64,000 nt of DNA from an uncultured Candidatus Saccharibacteria bacterium (GTDB taxonomy: Bacteria; Patescibacteriota; Minisyncoccia; SW-4-49-11). The position numbers and the translations under genes are program-made. Shown here piece by piece: positions 38,462-47,699 of the stretch; position 1 is the first letter of the stretch, and each line of letters starts with the position of its first letter. The notes below the pieces were generated by a model. That model had not been told where the DNA came from. It saw only the letters and a program-made list of their open reading frames with translations, and made no database searches. Where the stretch lies: assembly GCA_964633865.1 (NCBI GenBank), contig CAZWIJ010000004.1:35543-99542 (forward strand), given 5' to 3'.

Positions 38462-40435
38462 TTATTGAGGTCCTAATGGAGTATTCTGATCTATCACAAA
38501 TCCATATTCCAAAACATCGTCAGTGACAGCACCTATTGCATCCATTGCCTCAGGAGATAATCCTGAAACTCTATCGGTAAAGATTGCAGGACCTGATTCT
38601 ATAATAGAAGCAACTACTCTTCTTCCATTTTTTGGATTTGTAACCAAAACTTTTTTATTAGTGTGCCAAGCTTTTGATGAAGATGTGTTTGATATAGTAG
38701 AGGTAAATGGTCTTGGTCTCCAAGCTATATTTTGATATTTGTATACGAATACAACTTCTTCTCCATTATTAGCATTAACTGGTCCTGTAATGGTTATATT
38801 TGAACTAACATTAGAATTTTTAAAATTTGAACTAACATCATATCCTCTTGATTCAACTTTTAAGGTTGTATCATTAATTTTTGAATAAGCAATAATTTCT
38901 GAGCCTACTTTAACATAACCTGTTGAAGGAAATTGTGTAGCATTATTTACTAAAATTTGATTATCTCCAGATCCTAAGTTAGCTCTCAATGAAGTTCTAG
39001 CCTCATACCAATTAACATAATTCCATCTCATTGTAATATAATATTTTTCAGCTTCCACACCTCCTGGAGCTATTGAGCTATTTCTACTACCTGCTGGACA
39101 ACTAGAACTAAATGCTCCACCACTGCTTAGTAATCCATTTTGCAAATCATATCTTGTCCCTGCATTTGCATAATGTTGTTCTGGTGTTTCATTACAATTT
39201 ACTGGTAAATGTTGTTCTCTAGCTGTTTTTCCTGATGTAGCTGGTATTTGATAACCTTGAAGATTAGCTGTAGTAACATCACCAACTAATTCTCCAAGTG
39301 GATGAAGAGCTATCTGATCATCAGAAGCAGATCTTACATTTTCCCATCTATAACCTAGTGCTAAAAAGATTTTATCACTACCAATTGGCCTTCTTTTTCC
39401 ATCTTCTATTAAATATACTGAAGTTCTATCTGCTATAAGAGAACCATTATTGAATCCTATTGGAACACCTTTAGAATAATTATCTATAACTCTAGATTGT
39501 AGTTGTAATATATCTTGCCAATTATATCCATATGAATTAAATATATCAGGACTTAGTATTTGTCTTAACTCATTATTTTTTACTATATATAAGGTTGGTG
39601 AGCCATAAGCTTTTAGGATACTATTTTCAGAATACTTTTTAAGCCTACTAAATATAGGTCCTTCTGCAATAATTGATAATTCATAATCAGTAGCTCTTCT
39701 CACTTGATTCCAATTAAGTCCATAGCTTTCAAATATTTCTGCAGATCCTATTGGTAATCTTTGATTATTTTGCATCAAAAAAACACTAGTATCACTAGAT
39801 ATTAAAAGACCATCTGGATAATATTGATTTTCTCCAGTTGGGAAAGAATCTATTACAGCTTGACTAACTTGAATAGAAGAACTCCATCTATATCTTGCTT
39901 CAAATATTAAAGGAGATGGAATATATCTTTTTTGACCTTTCTCCAAAACATACATATGTCCAGTTGGTCCATAAATAAGACTACCATCTGGATAATTACT
40001 ATTACTAGTTAATACATCTCCAATTGGATGGGGTTCTATTTCTCTATCCGAAACTGAAATAACATTTTCCCACTTATAACCTTTACCTAAAAAAGTTTCT
40101 CCAGAATCTATAGGTCTTCTATATGTATTAGAAACAACATATACAGTACCTCCATAAGCTAAAAGAGAGCCTTCTCTAAACTGCATTTTAGATCCTGTAG
40201 GAATAGAATCTAGATCAGTTTGAGTTGTAACAACTAAATCTTCCCATCTGAATTGAGATATTAACATTTGAGGAGATTCAATATGTCTTTTCAACCCATT
40301 TTCTATATAATATACTTTAGGATCATTTATAGATTTAACCAATAATCCATTGGGAATTTCTACTGCATCTGCATAAATTGGAAAGAAAAGCATTCCTATT
40401 ACCAATATCTTATATAACAAATTATTTTTTAGCAT
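38462..40435 (-). CDS. secreted repeat protein with C-terminal RlpA-like/DPBB-like domain
   Basis: 657 aa. Signal peptide. ~8 tandem ~50-aa repeats (DGSLI..gt.VYlIe.GkrRpI.S..iF...GY.W.nV..vsd..l...P.G). C-terminus (…KKVLVTNPKNGRRVVASIIESGPAIFTDRVSGLSPEAMDAIGAVTDDVLEYGFV) resembles RlpA/3D double-psi beta-barrel domains. Confidence 0.4.
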   Translation of the reverse strand: MLKNNLLYKILVIGMLFFPIYADAVEIPNGLLVKSINDPKVYYIENGLKRHIESPQMLISQFRWEDLVVTTQTDLDSIPTGSKMQFREGSLLAYGGTVYVVSNTYRRPIDSGETFLGKGYKWENVISVSDREIEPHPIGDVLTSNSNYPDGSLIYGPTGHMYVLEKGQKRYIPSPLIFEARYRWSSSIQVSQAVIDSFPTGENQYYPDGLLISSDTSVFLMQNNQRLPIGSAEIFESYGLNWNQVRRATDYELSIIAEGPIFSRLKKYSENSILKAYGSPTLYIVKNNELRQILSPDIFNSYGYNWQDILQLQSRVIDNYSKGVPIGFNNGSLIADRTSVYLIEDGKRRPIGSDKIFLALGYRWENVRSASDDQIALHPLGELVGDVTTANLQGYQIPATSGKTAREQHLPVNCNETPEQHYANAGTRYDLQNGLLSSGGAFSSSCPAGSRNSSIAPGGVEAEKYYITMRWNYVNWYEARTSLRANLGSGDNQILVNNATQFPSTGYVKVGSEIIAYSKINDTTLKVESRGYDVSSNFKNSNVSSNITITGPVNANNGEEVVFVYKYQNIAWRPRPFTSTISNTSSSKAWHTNKKVLVTNPKNGRRVVASIIESGPAIFTDRVSGLSPEAMDAIGAVTDDVLEYGFVIDQNTPLGPQ

Positions 40436-40444
40436 ATGTTTTAA

Positions 40445-40678
40445 TTATTTTAAATTTATATTATTTTTAATTATAGATAATAAGTATAAAACAATACCTA
40501 CAACTATAAATAAAAAACCAAAAACAACTAGGATTGGAACAATTATCATCTGAATAAACTTAATTATTAGTGATAATAAAACAAATATAGTTCCTAATAT
40601 AATTAAAAATTTTGGATTTAAATTAGAATATATATTTTTATAACTATTTGAATCTTTGTCTACTATTTTTACTTTCAT
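40445..40678 (-). CDS. hypothetical small membrane protein
   Basis: 77-aa ORF with two hydrophobic helices. Confidence 0.3.
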   Translation of the reverse strand: MKVKIVDKDSNSYKNIYSNLNPKFLIILGTIFVLLSLIIKFIQMIIVPILVVFGFLFIVVGIVLYLLSIIKNNINLK

Positions 40679-40684
40679 AAATAA

Positions 40685-41338
40685 CTATTCTTTAATAATC
40701 TCTATTGTATTAATTTTCACATTTTCAATAGGTAAATCATTATAATCTACTTCAACATTTTCAATAGCTTCTACTACTTCCATTCCTTCTACAACTTTAC
40801 CAAAATTAGTATGAGCTCCATCTAACCAAGGAGTTGATTCTGCTGTTACTATAAAAAATTGTGATCCATTTGTATTTTTACCAGAATTAGCCATAGCTAT
40901 ACTACCTTTTACTAATTTTTCATCATTAAATTCATCATCAAACTTAAAGTCTGGTCCACCAGTACCAAAGATACTTTTCTTACTTGGATCTTTAGTTAAT
41001 GGGTCTCCACCCTGAATCATAAAATCTTTAATAACTCTATGAAATAGAATATCATCATAATAGTCATCTCTAACAAAATCCATTATATATCCTACTGTTT
41101 TTGGAGATTTATCCTTAAAAAGTTCTACTGTAATGTCACCTTTGCTTGTATTAATTTTTATTAGCGGGTTTATAACATCATTCATATTATTATCATTAAT
41201 AGTATCATCTTCTTTTATATCACTTAGATTTGCTTCTAGATTTGGGTCTTTTGTATAACTCGAATTATTACTTATAACCTTAGACAATCCAAATCCAAAG
41301 AGTACAAATCCAATAAAAAAGTATATATATTGTTTCAT
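40685..41338 (-). CDS. ppiB: cyclophilin-type peptidyl-prolyl cis-trans isomerase (exported)
   Basis: 217 aa. N-terminal hydrophobic anchor. HRVIKDFMIQGGDP and GTGGP cyclophilin motifs. Confidence 0.8.
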   Translation of the reverse strand: MKQYIYFFIGFVLFGFGLSKVISNNSSYTKDPNLEANLSDIKEDDTINDNNMNDVINPLIKINTSKGDITVELFKDKSPKTVGYIMDFVRDDYYDDILFHRVIKDFMIQGGDPLTKDPSKKSIFGTGGPDFKFDDEFNDEKLVKGSIAMANSGKNTNGSQFFIVTAESTPWLDGAHTNFGKVVEGMEVVEAIENVEVDYNDLPIENVKINTIEIIKE

Positions 41339-41393
41339 AAATTTATATTAATTATTACACACTATATTATATATTATAGCAAATTTTTTTAAA

Positions 41394-42659
41394 TTAATAA
41401 ATCATTTTTTCAAAAGTTTTATTTCCTTCTCTTTTAATATAACATTTTTCTGGGAATAACACATAAAAAGTGGTTCCTTGATTTTGATGAGATGAAAACC
41501 ATATATCTCCATGAATCTCTTTCAAAATTGATTTTACTAAGTATAATCCTAAACCTGTTCCATCAGTATCTACATCATACACATTATCTGCTCTAAATAG
41601 TTTAGTAAATATTTTATCTTTTTGTTTTTCTGGTATACCAATACCAGAGTCTTTAACTGATAGTAAAATATTATTTGATCTAATTGATTTATCTTGAAAA
41701 GAAACTTCTTTTTTTATTGATAAGGATACTTCTATACTTCCTTTGTTTTTAGTATATTTAATTGCATTAGAAAATATATTTTGAAAAATTACCCTTATTA
41801 GAACTTCATCTCCAATATACATTTCTGGTATTTTTTTATCAATTTTAACAATAAATTTTATTTTCTTCTCTTTTATAATACCTTTAAATTCTGATTCTAA
41901 ATCTTTAATCATATGTCTTATGTTGAAATTAGATGGAGTTATTGCAAATGAACCTAATTCTAATCTAGATACATTTAATAAAGAGTTTACTAAATTAATC
42001 ATTCTACCAGTTGATTTTTGAATTTCTTGAATAAACTCTCTACTATCATCTGATAAACTATCACTTAATAATTCAGCATACCATCTAATTGAAGTAAGTG
42101 GGGTTTTTAATTGATGAGAAGCTAGAGATACAAACTCAGTCTTAACTTTATCAATTTCAATTTCCTGAGTTATATCGGTAATAATACCAAACATAAAGGG
42201 ATTCGTCTCTACAATATGATACATTCCTTTAATTCTTATATATCTCTGTTTATCATTATTTATAAAAGTTATTTCTTCAGAAAATGTAATTTCTTTTTCT
42301 ATAGAATCTCTAATTGCATTTGATAACTTTTTTAATTCATTTTTAGGTATAATTTTTTCTAAATCTTTCCAAGAAACTTTATTATAGTATCTTCTAGTAT
42401 TTATTCCTAATATATTCAATACTAATTTATCACATATAAAATATTTATCTTTTAAAGTATAATTCCATGTTCCAATTCCTCCTGCTTCTGAAGATAGCCT
42501 AAATCTTTCTGCTATAAAATCTTTCTCTTCTCTTTCTAATTGATAATCTTCTAAAATATTAATTATAGCTAACTTAGTATCTTCAATATGAGATAATTGA
42601 TTTTTTAATCTAATATTATCTTCAATTAAAGAATCTATCTTCTCAAGATTTTTATTCAT
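41394..42659 (-). CDS. PAS-domain sensor histidine kinase
   Basis: 421 aa. HisKA H-box SLASHQLKTPLTSI, HATPase_c G-boxes (DSGIGIP, GTGLGLYLV). PAS-like region upstream. Confidence 0.75.
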   Translation of the reverse strand: MNKNLEKIDSLIEDNIRLKNQLSHIEDTKLAIINILEDYQLEREEKDFIAERFRLSSEAGGIGTWNYTLKDKYFICDKLVLNILGINTRRYYNKVSWKDLEKIIPKNELKKLSNAIRDSIEKEITFSEEITFINNDKQRYIRIKGMYHIVETNPFMFGIITDITQEIEIDKVKTEFVSLASHQLKTPLTSIRWYAELLSDSLSDDSREFIQEIQKSTGRMINLVNSLLNVSRLELGSFAITPSNFNIRHMIKDLESEFKGIIKEKKIKFIVKIDKKIPEMYIGDEVLIRVIFQNIFSNAIKYTKNKGSIEVSLSIKKEVSFQDKSIRSNNILLSVKDSGIGIPEKQKDKIFTKLFRADNVYDVDTDGTGLGLYLVKSILKEIHGDIWFSSHQNQGTTFYVLFPEKCYIKREGNKTFEKMIY

Positions 42660-43140
42660 TATTATTTAATTTATCCTTTAATATATTTATTTCTTTTTTC
42701 AACTCAATCATCTTTAATTCTCTACCTATCATCAACTTATTTAATCTCTCTACCTCTTTCAAGTTTAATTCTAATGATTCTATCATTTTATTTCTTTCAG
42801 TAATATTTTTAACTACTCCATATATCATATTATTTTTAAGATTTTTATTAATAAACCACTCAAAATATAGAATCTCATTTTTTTTAGAAAGAAACCTAAT
42901 TTGAGAATTACTAATCTCTATATTATCTGAAAACAAAAAGTCTTTTGCTAAATCTCTATCATCTTTATAAATAAATTTTAATATATTCTTATTTAAAATA
43001 TCTTCTTCCATATAACCAGTTATGATAGTTAATAATTTATTAACATTAAAGATTTTATTTTCACTATAATTGATTATAATCATCATTACAGCTCCTGTCT
43101 CAAAAAAATGACATTTTTGTTCTTTATTATCCATATTCAT
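42652..43140 (-). CDS. PAS-like sensor domain protein
   Basis: 162 aa. PAS-like core plus C-terminal coiled coil. Its stop overlaps the kinase start by 8 nt (ATGAATAA). Confidence 0.4.
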   Translation of the reverse strand: MNMDNKEQKCHFFETGAVMMIIINYSENKIFNVNKLLTIITGYMEEDILNKNILKFIYKDDRDLAKDFLFSDNIEISNSQIRFLSKKNEILYFEWFINKNLKNNMIYGVVKNITERNKMIESLELNLKEVERLNKLMIGRELKMIELKKEINILKDKLNNNE

Positions 43141-43144
43141 ATAT

Positions 43145-43597
43145 TTATAATGTTATTTTTATTTCAACTTTTAATTCTGCTAATGGTGCTACAGTTATAA
43201 TTCTATTATTTTGAACCGCTACTTTGTATCCTGTGCTATATGGTTTACTAACAAAAGGATCTTTAGGTAATTCTACAAAATATGCATCATAATTTACTAT
43301 ATCTCCAAGATATAGAAGATTATGATCTCCACATACTGTTTTGTCTACAACAGCACAAATTTCTTGGAAATTACTACTTAAACCTTCTGGTAATTTATCA
43401 TTTTCTATATTATAAGCATAGAGAACTTGTGCTATATTAAGAATTTCAGATTTTCTCTCTCCATTTCTAATAACTGGTAAATATTCTGCCACTTGTTTCT
43501 GTATAAATATTACATATATAATCATAACCATAACAGCTATTGATAAAACTATTTCTAAATATGTAAATCCTTTTTTTCTATTTGATAACTTTTTCAT
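43145..43597 (-). CDS. type IV pilin-like protein (candidate major pilin)
   Basis: 150 aa. RKKGFTYLEIVLSIAVMVMIIYVIF: G|FTxLE prepilin cleavage motif plus hydrophobic helix. Conserved module shared with the 147-aa, 791-aa and 953-aa pilin-like proteins. Confidence 0.6.
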   Translation of the reverse strand: MKKLSNRKKGFTYLEIVLSIAVMVMIIYVIFIQKQVAEYLPVIRNGERKSEILNIAQVLYAYNIENDKLPEGLSSNFQEICAVVDKTVCGDHNLLYLGDIVNYDAYFVELPKDPFVSKPYSTGYKVAVQNNRIITVAPLAELKVEIKITL

Positions 43598-43644
43598 AAA
43601 AATATTTAAGTTTAATTATATTGTTATTTTTATTCTGTAAAAAA

Positions 43645-44751
43645 TTATAACCCATATCTTCCACGGAGAGCATCAAAGTTCTGTTGAATTTCTGGTCCAG
43701 TGAGAGCTTTATCATACACTTTAATAGAATAAATATCTCCTATAATTCTTCTAAAAGAACTTGATCTTTCATCACCAAAGGAAGTTATATTAGAAAAATT
43801 TGAAGGTGTAGATACTAAAGGTTGAGAAACTCTTTGGACTCCATCAACATAAGCCGTTTGATTTACCCCATCCCAAGTAAGAACAATTTGCCTAACAGTA
43901 TTTGAATCTCCTATTATACCAGTTCCCATATTTAACCAAGAACCATTAAATGAAGCATAAATTTCTCCATTCTGCAAAGGTTGACTAGCTACAGTATTTC
44001 CAGCATATCCAATTCCAAGGTAAGCAGTTCCAATCCAATTATTCAAACTATTATTATGTAATATATATCCAATCCCAACATCAGAACTTGGAGAAGAAAT
44101 AGCTTTAACCCAAACTTCATAAGTCTGAGGTGAATTAGATGTTATAGGAGATGTAAAAGTTCCTCTATCATCAATTCCATCAAATGTCAAAGAACCTTGA
44201 TTAGCAGAATTAAAACCTACTCCATTCAAAAGAGTAGCATCATTTCCAATACTTGCTAAATTTGTCCAATTAGTTCCTGCTCCAGGATATGATGATGGAT
44301 CACCAGCATCCAAATTTAAAACTAATCCATCAGTAACTATACTATTATTTACTTCTACAAAATTTATAACCTTATTCCAAGAAGTTACTTCTACAGCTAA
44401 TCCTATACTTACAATACCTACAAATCTCTGAACAAAATCATCTTTATCTATCCTTATTTCTAATCTTTTCTCTGTAGGTGAATTATCACTTACACTATAA
44501 GTACAGGTTCCACTAACAACATCAGTAGCTGTATAACTAGTATCATTGAAAATTTCAAGCAAAATATTTTCTCTACAATTAATTGCATCTGATTCTATTA
44601 TAACTTGTGTATTATTGGAATAATTTCTATAGATAGATTCGAAACTCATATTAAATAAAGTTAAACTTATACCCAAGGTAACTGTCATTATTATTAGAAC
44701 TGTCATTAATGTAATATATCCTTTTTTCATAGATTTAGAGTGTTTTATCAA
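43645..44751 (-). CDS. pilin-like protein fused to ConA/LamG-like lectin domain
   Basis: 368 aa. Pilin-like N-terminal TM (KKGYITLMTVLIIMTV). C-terminal LVLNLDAGDPSSYPGAGTNWTNL...GSLTFDGIDDRG...YEVWVKA matches the LamG/ConA-like (PF13385-type) pattern. Confidence 0.5.
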   Translation of the reverse strand: MIKHSKSMKKGYITLMTVLIIMTVTLGISLTLFNMSFESIYRNYSNNTQVIIESDAINCRENILLEIFNDTSYTATDVVSGTCTYSVSDNSPTEKRLEIRIDKDDFVQRFVGIVSIGLAVEVTSWNKVINFVEVNNSIVTDGLVLNLDAGDPSSYPGAGTNWTNLASIGNDATLLNGVGFNSANQGSLTFDGIDDRGTFTSPITSNSPQTYEVWVKAISSPSSDVGIGYILHNNSLNNWIGTAYLGIGYAGNTVASQPLQNGEIYASFNGSWLNMGTGIIGDSNTVRQIVLTWDGVNQTAYVDGVQRVSQPLVSTPSNFSNITSFGDERSSSFRRIIGDIYSIKVYDKALTGPEIQQNFDALRGRYGL

Positions 44752-45208
44752 AATTTAGTTGATATTTTAGTGTTTGTCTACTATTAGTAAGGTATGTGGC
44801 ATCCATATTGACTGTAATAGAATCATTATCTATCGTTCCTTTATTCTCAAATAATAAATTTGTAATAGAAATTTCATCTATATGTAAAGGAATTATCCCG
44901 TTAACACTACTTTCTACAAAAATCCCTGATTGAACTTCATATGTATAAGTAATACCTCCACTAACTAAAACTAAACTAGTTTGACTTGTATTAGGAGTTG
45001 GAGAAGTAATACTAGTTGCTGTATCTATTCTATGAGATATATGTTGTAGAGCTGCATCTGTCCCCATTTGAACTTGATTCATAGCAAGGGTTTTTTCTCT
45101 AACTGTAATTGTTGTAACATATACTTGTGATAGAGCTAGTGTTACAACTCCAATTAAAGATACCCCTAACATCAACTCTAATAATGATAAACCTTTTTTC
45201 TTTTTCAT
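44735..45208 (-). CDS. pseudopilin / minor pilin
   Basis: 157 aa. KKKGLSLLELMLGVSLIGVV prepilin N-terminus. Overlaps neighbours (operon). Confidence 0.55.
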   Translation of the reverse strand: MKKKKGLSLLELMLGVSLIGVVTLALSQVYVTTITVREKTLAMNQVQMGTDAALQHISHRIDTATSITSPTPNTSQTSLVLVSGGITYTYEVQSGIFVESSVNGIIPLHIDEISITNLLFENKGTIDNDSITVNMDATYLTNSRQTLKYQLNFDKTL

Positions 45209-47304
45209 TATGGTATTATTAAACTAGCTGGTTTTGTTGTCCCATCACTGAATACAAGAATAAAACTAAGAGTACTTCCAGCAGATAATGCTCCATTAAA
45301 TCTAAATTCCAAAGGATAATCTGCATAAAGATCAAAATCTGTGATATTAGCATTATAAGGTGAAGTATTATTATAACTACCAGCAGTAGCATTATTAACA
45401 CGAATACTACTTAATCTTCGATTTCCAGTACTATTCCAAGTTATATTGTTTATATTTGTAACTCTAACTCTACAACCAGAATTATTTCTAATTCTTATAT
45501 TGCTTAAATTCCTTCTGTTTCCCGATATTGTAATTTGAGACACATCTACAGTTGTAGTATTCGCCTGATTCGTACATAAATTTATGTCTGTACTAAAATT
45601 AAATGAAGGTACTACATAAGATGACCCATCAGCAAAGACTAATCTAAACGAATTATTACTATTAAAAATTGTTCCAGAAAACTGAAAAAGTAATTCTTGA
45701 GTATTCTCTATATTTGTATTATTGATAGGAATATTTCTACCCAAAACTGTATCTCTAGTTAGATTCCCAGTCCATACATTAAGAGAATTGTCAGTTCTAT
45801 TAATAAATTTAGGTCCAATTTTAATAGAAGCTAAATTAACATTTGTGGTCCAAATAAATTCATTAATATCGGTTAAAACAACTGGACAAGCTGTTCCTGT
45901 AGTATTAACTAACTCTATCCCCCTTATTATCCTATTATCGGAAGTTAGGCTATTTGAAGTAGTATCAGGGAAAGCGGTATTTATGATATTAGCCTGGAAA
46001 TTTTGAGCTTGAGTATTAGAAATACAAGGATCTATTGGTAAAGAAATTATACCACTATCAAGTGTTGATCCATCAGTAAAGACTACTGTGAATGAGATAT
46101 TTTGTGCAGTCATTGGAGCATTGTATTGTAAAACTAACTCCTTAGTGTTTGTTATAACTGTATTTGTAACATCAATATTATGACCTGGACTAGACAAAGG
46201 AGCTAAATTACCTGTCCATACATTAACAGTATTATTTAAATCTCCTATTTTGATTGCTGATAGGTTATTACTTTGCCATAATAAAGAGTTTATGCCGTCT
46301 ACCTCAATATTACAAGTTGTACCTGTATTATTAATAAGTCTTATTCCTCTTATCATTCTATTTTGACTTACACCTATAGAATCAAATGACCAATTACTGG
46401 TATCCAAAGTTGTATTCTGTGCTTGAGTGAATACACAAGGATCTAAATCAGAATAAATCACTCCACTATTCAAAACTGATCCATCACTAAATATTACCGC
46501 GAAAGTTAAACTCTGCCCCGTCATCTGACTATCAAACAAAAATGCTAGTTCATGAGTTCCCGTTATATCTTGATCATTTATATCTATATTTTTATTTGAA
46601 GGAGACTCTGTACCAGACCAAATATTAAAGTTGGAGTCTAATTTGTCAAAACCTTCTGCTCCAAATTTTACATTGGTTAAGTTATTATTTTGCCATTCAA
46701 CAGAGTTTATATTTGTTGCTTGAATATTACAATCACTAGAATTATTATTAATTAATCTTATTCCTCGAATTAAGCGAGATCTATTAGATGGAGAATTATC
46801 ATTGGTAGCAGATTCTATAGAAAAACTACTTATGTCTAATGTAGTATTCTCAGCCTGAGTACCTAAACATGTTATCAAAGGTTCTTGCCAACTTTTATAT
46901 GTTACTTGAGAAGATAGACTATCACCTCTTCCATTTTTACCAATCCAAGTGATATTGATAACAGCTTGTACCGTATCAGAATCTGGTTGAGTTAGAGTTA
47001 CTGATCTTTGGTAGTCTCCTAAAGTTTCTACTCCAGAAATTAATGCCCAATTACTTCCAAGTGTAAATCCAAGCGGTGTCGCAGTAGAATAACCAACTAA
47101 TCTATCATATTTCAAAGTATCTAATGCTCTTGTAGCTTCTTGCAAATATTCATAACCTTGTGTCCTTTCTCCTTTAACAAGAATACTTCTTTGATATTCT
47201 GTAATTGTTCCAACTATACCAACAATTACAAAACCTGTTAAGCCTATTGATAAAACTATTTCTAATAATGAAAAACCTTTATTTTTTTTAAATAACAAGC
47301 CCAT
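45208..47304 (-). CDS. large minor-pilin-like protein with 4 internal ~125-aa repeats
   Basis: 698 aa. KNKGFSLLEIVLSIGLTGFVIVG prepilin N-terminus. Four tandem repeats each containing R(M/L)IRGIRLINN..(S/T)xC...NIN...W...L..(V/I)K.G. Confidence 0.5.
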   Translation of the reverse strand: MGLLFKKNKGFSLLEIVLSIGLTGFVIVGIVGTITEYQRSILVKGERTQGYEYLQEATRALDTLKYDRLVGYSTATPLGFTLGSNWALISGVETLGDYQRSVTLTQPDSDTVQAVINITWIGKNGRGDSLSSQVTYKSWQEPLITCLGTQAENTTLDISSFSIESATNDNSPSNRSRLIRGIRLINNNSSDCNIQATNINSVEWQNNNLTNVKFGAEGFDKLDSNFNIWSGTESPSNKNIDINDQDITGTHELAFLFDSQMTGQSLTFAVIFSDGSVLNSGVIYSDLDPCVFTQAQNTTLDTSNWSFDSIGVSQNRMIRGIRLINNTGTTCNIEVDGINSLLWQSNNLSAIKIGDLNNTVNVWTGNLAPLSSPGHNIDVTNTVITNTKELVLQYNAPMTAQNISFTVVFTDGSTLDSGIISLPIDPCISNTQAQNFQANIINTAFPDTTSNSLTSDNRIIRGIELVNTTGTACPVVLTDINEFIWTTNVNLASIKIGPKFINRTDNSLNVWTGNLTRDTVLGRNIPINNTNIENTQELLFQFSGTIFNSNNSFRLVFADGSSYVVPSFNFSTDINLCTNQANTTTVDVSQITISGNRRNLSNIRIRNNSGCRVRVTNINNITWNSTGNRRLSSIRVNNATAGSYNNTSPYNANITDFDLYADYPLEFRFNGALSAGSTLSFILVFSDGTTKPASLIIP

Positions 47305-47698
47305 ATTGATTTATATTAATTATTTTGTCTATTGTAAGATTTATTGTAGTATCAGTTGAAAGTCCTGTCACTCTATCAAATGTAACTATAATTGGAGATC
47401 CCATACTTATATTTTTCAAATCATAAATCTGATCAAAATTTGTATCTCTATTATTATAATCATCTCCCAAAAAAACTATTGCTGATGAAGAATCTATTCT
47501 TACAGACCAATCAGAATCCTCCAATCCAAATACAGCTTTTTCTCTTGCCACTCTTAGAGCTAAAATTACATTAATTTCTGAATTTCTCTGTTCATTTTTT
47601 TCTATCACTTCTATAGATATTGGAAGGGAAAAGGATACTAATATTCCAATAACAGCAATTGTCAACATTATTTCTAATAAAGAAAATGCTTCTTTCAT
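47288..47698 (-). CDS. pseudopilin / minor pilin
   Basis: 136 aa. MKEAFSLLEIMLTIAVIGILVS (FSLLE with hydrophobic helix; Ala rather than Gly at -1). Confidence 0.5.
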   Translation of the reverse strand: MKEAFSLLEIMLTIAVIGILVSFSLPISIEVIEKNEQRNSEINVILALRVAREKAVFGLEDSDWSVRIDSSSAIVFLGDDYNNRDTNFDQIYDLKNISMGSPIIVTFDRVTGLSTDTTINLTIDKIININQYGLVI

Positions 47699-47699
47699 A

